Shown here: one piece after another, positions 58,992-59,172 of the stretch
How positions within the stretch are numbered: the stretch's first letter is position 1
Layout: the number at the start of each line of letters is the position of its first letter
DNA from: Patescibacteria group bacterium
GTDB lineage: Bacteria; Patescibacteriota; Minisyncoccia; Minisyncoccales; RBG-13-36-15
Direction of reading: 5' to 3'
Length of the DNA: 59,172 bases
Assembly (NCBI GenBank): GCA_018609195.1
Contig: JAHCSE010000006.1
Span: forward strand, 1 to 59,172
Translations under genes and position numbers: made by a program
The notes under the pieces: generated by a model
Databases searched by the model: none
Seen by the model: only the letters and a program-made list of their open reading frames with translations
What the model was told of the DNA's origin: nothing

Positions 58992-59172
58992 TTATACAAG
59001 GCGAAAGTTTTTTCCCTTCCATTCTTCAGATCTTATAAGAAGGCAAAAACCTTTATTTCTCTCTCCGTTTCCGGAATCAAATATCCAGTCAGGACTTCTG
59101 TACTTAGGCTCAATTAATTTAGCTTCCTCTGTTACTTCCTTAAGTTCTTCTTGCGTTGCTAATCGGTAATTC
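58992..59172 (-). CDS. Hypothetical protein, C-terminal 59 codons only (gene continues off the right edge)
   Basis: The minus-strand frame is open from the window edge (NYRLATQEELKEV...NFRLV*) and is followed by a terminator. Confidence 0.45.
   Translation of the reverse strand, partial: NYRLATQEELKEVTEEAKLIEPKYRSPDWIFDSGNGERNKGFCLLIRSEEWKGKNFRLV

Noticed and set aside
58782-59169. Plus-strand ORFs 58782..59117 and 58984..59169.
   Set aside because: They are antisense to a TM-anchored minus-strand ORF and to the open minus-strand frame that is followed by a terminator. The minus-strand reading is more coherent.
1-59172. A CRISPR array, rRNA genes, transposase or integrase genes, or a reverse transcriptase.
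   Set aside because: No regularly spaced direct repeats and no ORFs with the corresponding motifs were seen. The repeats present are hairpin or inverted types at irregular positions.

Overview
This is an AT-rich bacterial chromosomal segment using the standard genetic code, since UGA acts as a stop in topA and smpB. It holds about 60 tightly packed genes, mostly on the minus strand.

**Gene content.** Housekeeping genes dominate:
- 5'-partial topA and tRNA-Leu(CAA)
- folD-glyA, tsaD/tsaC, glmS
- leuS, metG, glyQS, ileS, argS
- smpB-ssrA(tmRNA)-infC-rpmI-rplT
- recO, mutY-like and UDG glycosylases, polX
- isolated purine and pyrimidine genes (a purH IMPCH-only domain, purM, purF, guaB, pyrD)

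The gene content and compact style resemble a small-genome Patescibacteria/CPR-type organism. That placement is inference only.

**Main observations.**
1. The IleRS gene carries a complete, catalytically intact histidine-phosphatase (PGAM-type) domain inserted between the two halves of its zinc knuckle.
2. A family of hairpin elements has CCCCGTAG...CTACGGGG termini and short flanking direct repeats. One copy encloses a GIY-YIG nuclease gene and one is nested inside another, so this may be an autonomous element with MITE-like derivatives.
3. GC-rich mini-hairpin repeats sit in intergenic DNA and also in frame inside topA, leuS and ileS (twice in ileS).
4. The 3' end of polX is duplicated around a 15-bp direct/inverted repeat.
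5. A 19-nt promoter box occurs four times in front of higher-GC genes, three of them in a 3-kb high-GC islet that encodes a possible LPxTG protein.
6. A promoter- and terminator-bounded candidate ncRNA lies downstream of rplT.
7. A surface-protein/S8-protease cluster is coupled to hicBA. The protease C-terminal domain recurs in a stand-alone secreted protein.

I saw no CRISPR array, rRNA, integrase or transposase. All calls rest on reading the sequence and the supplied translations. No database search was run.
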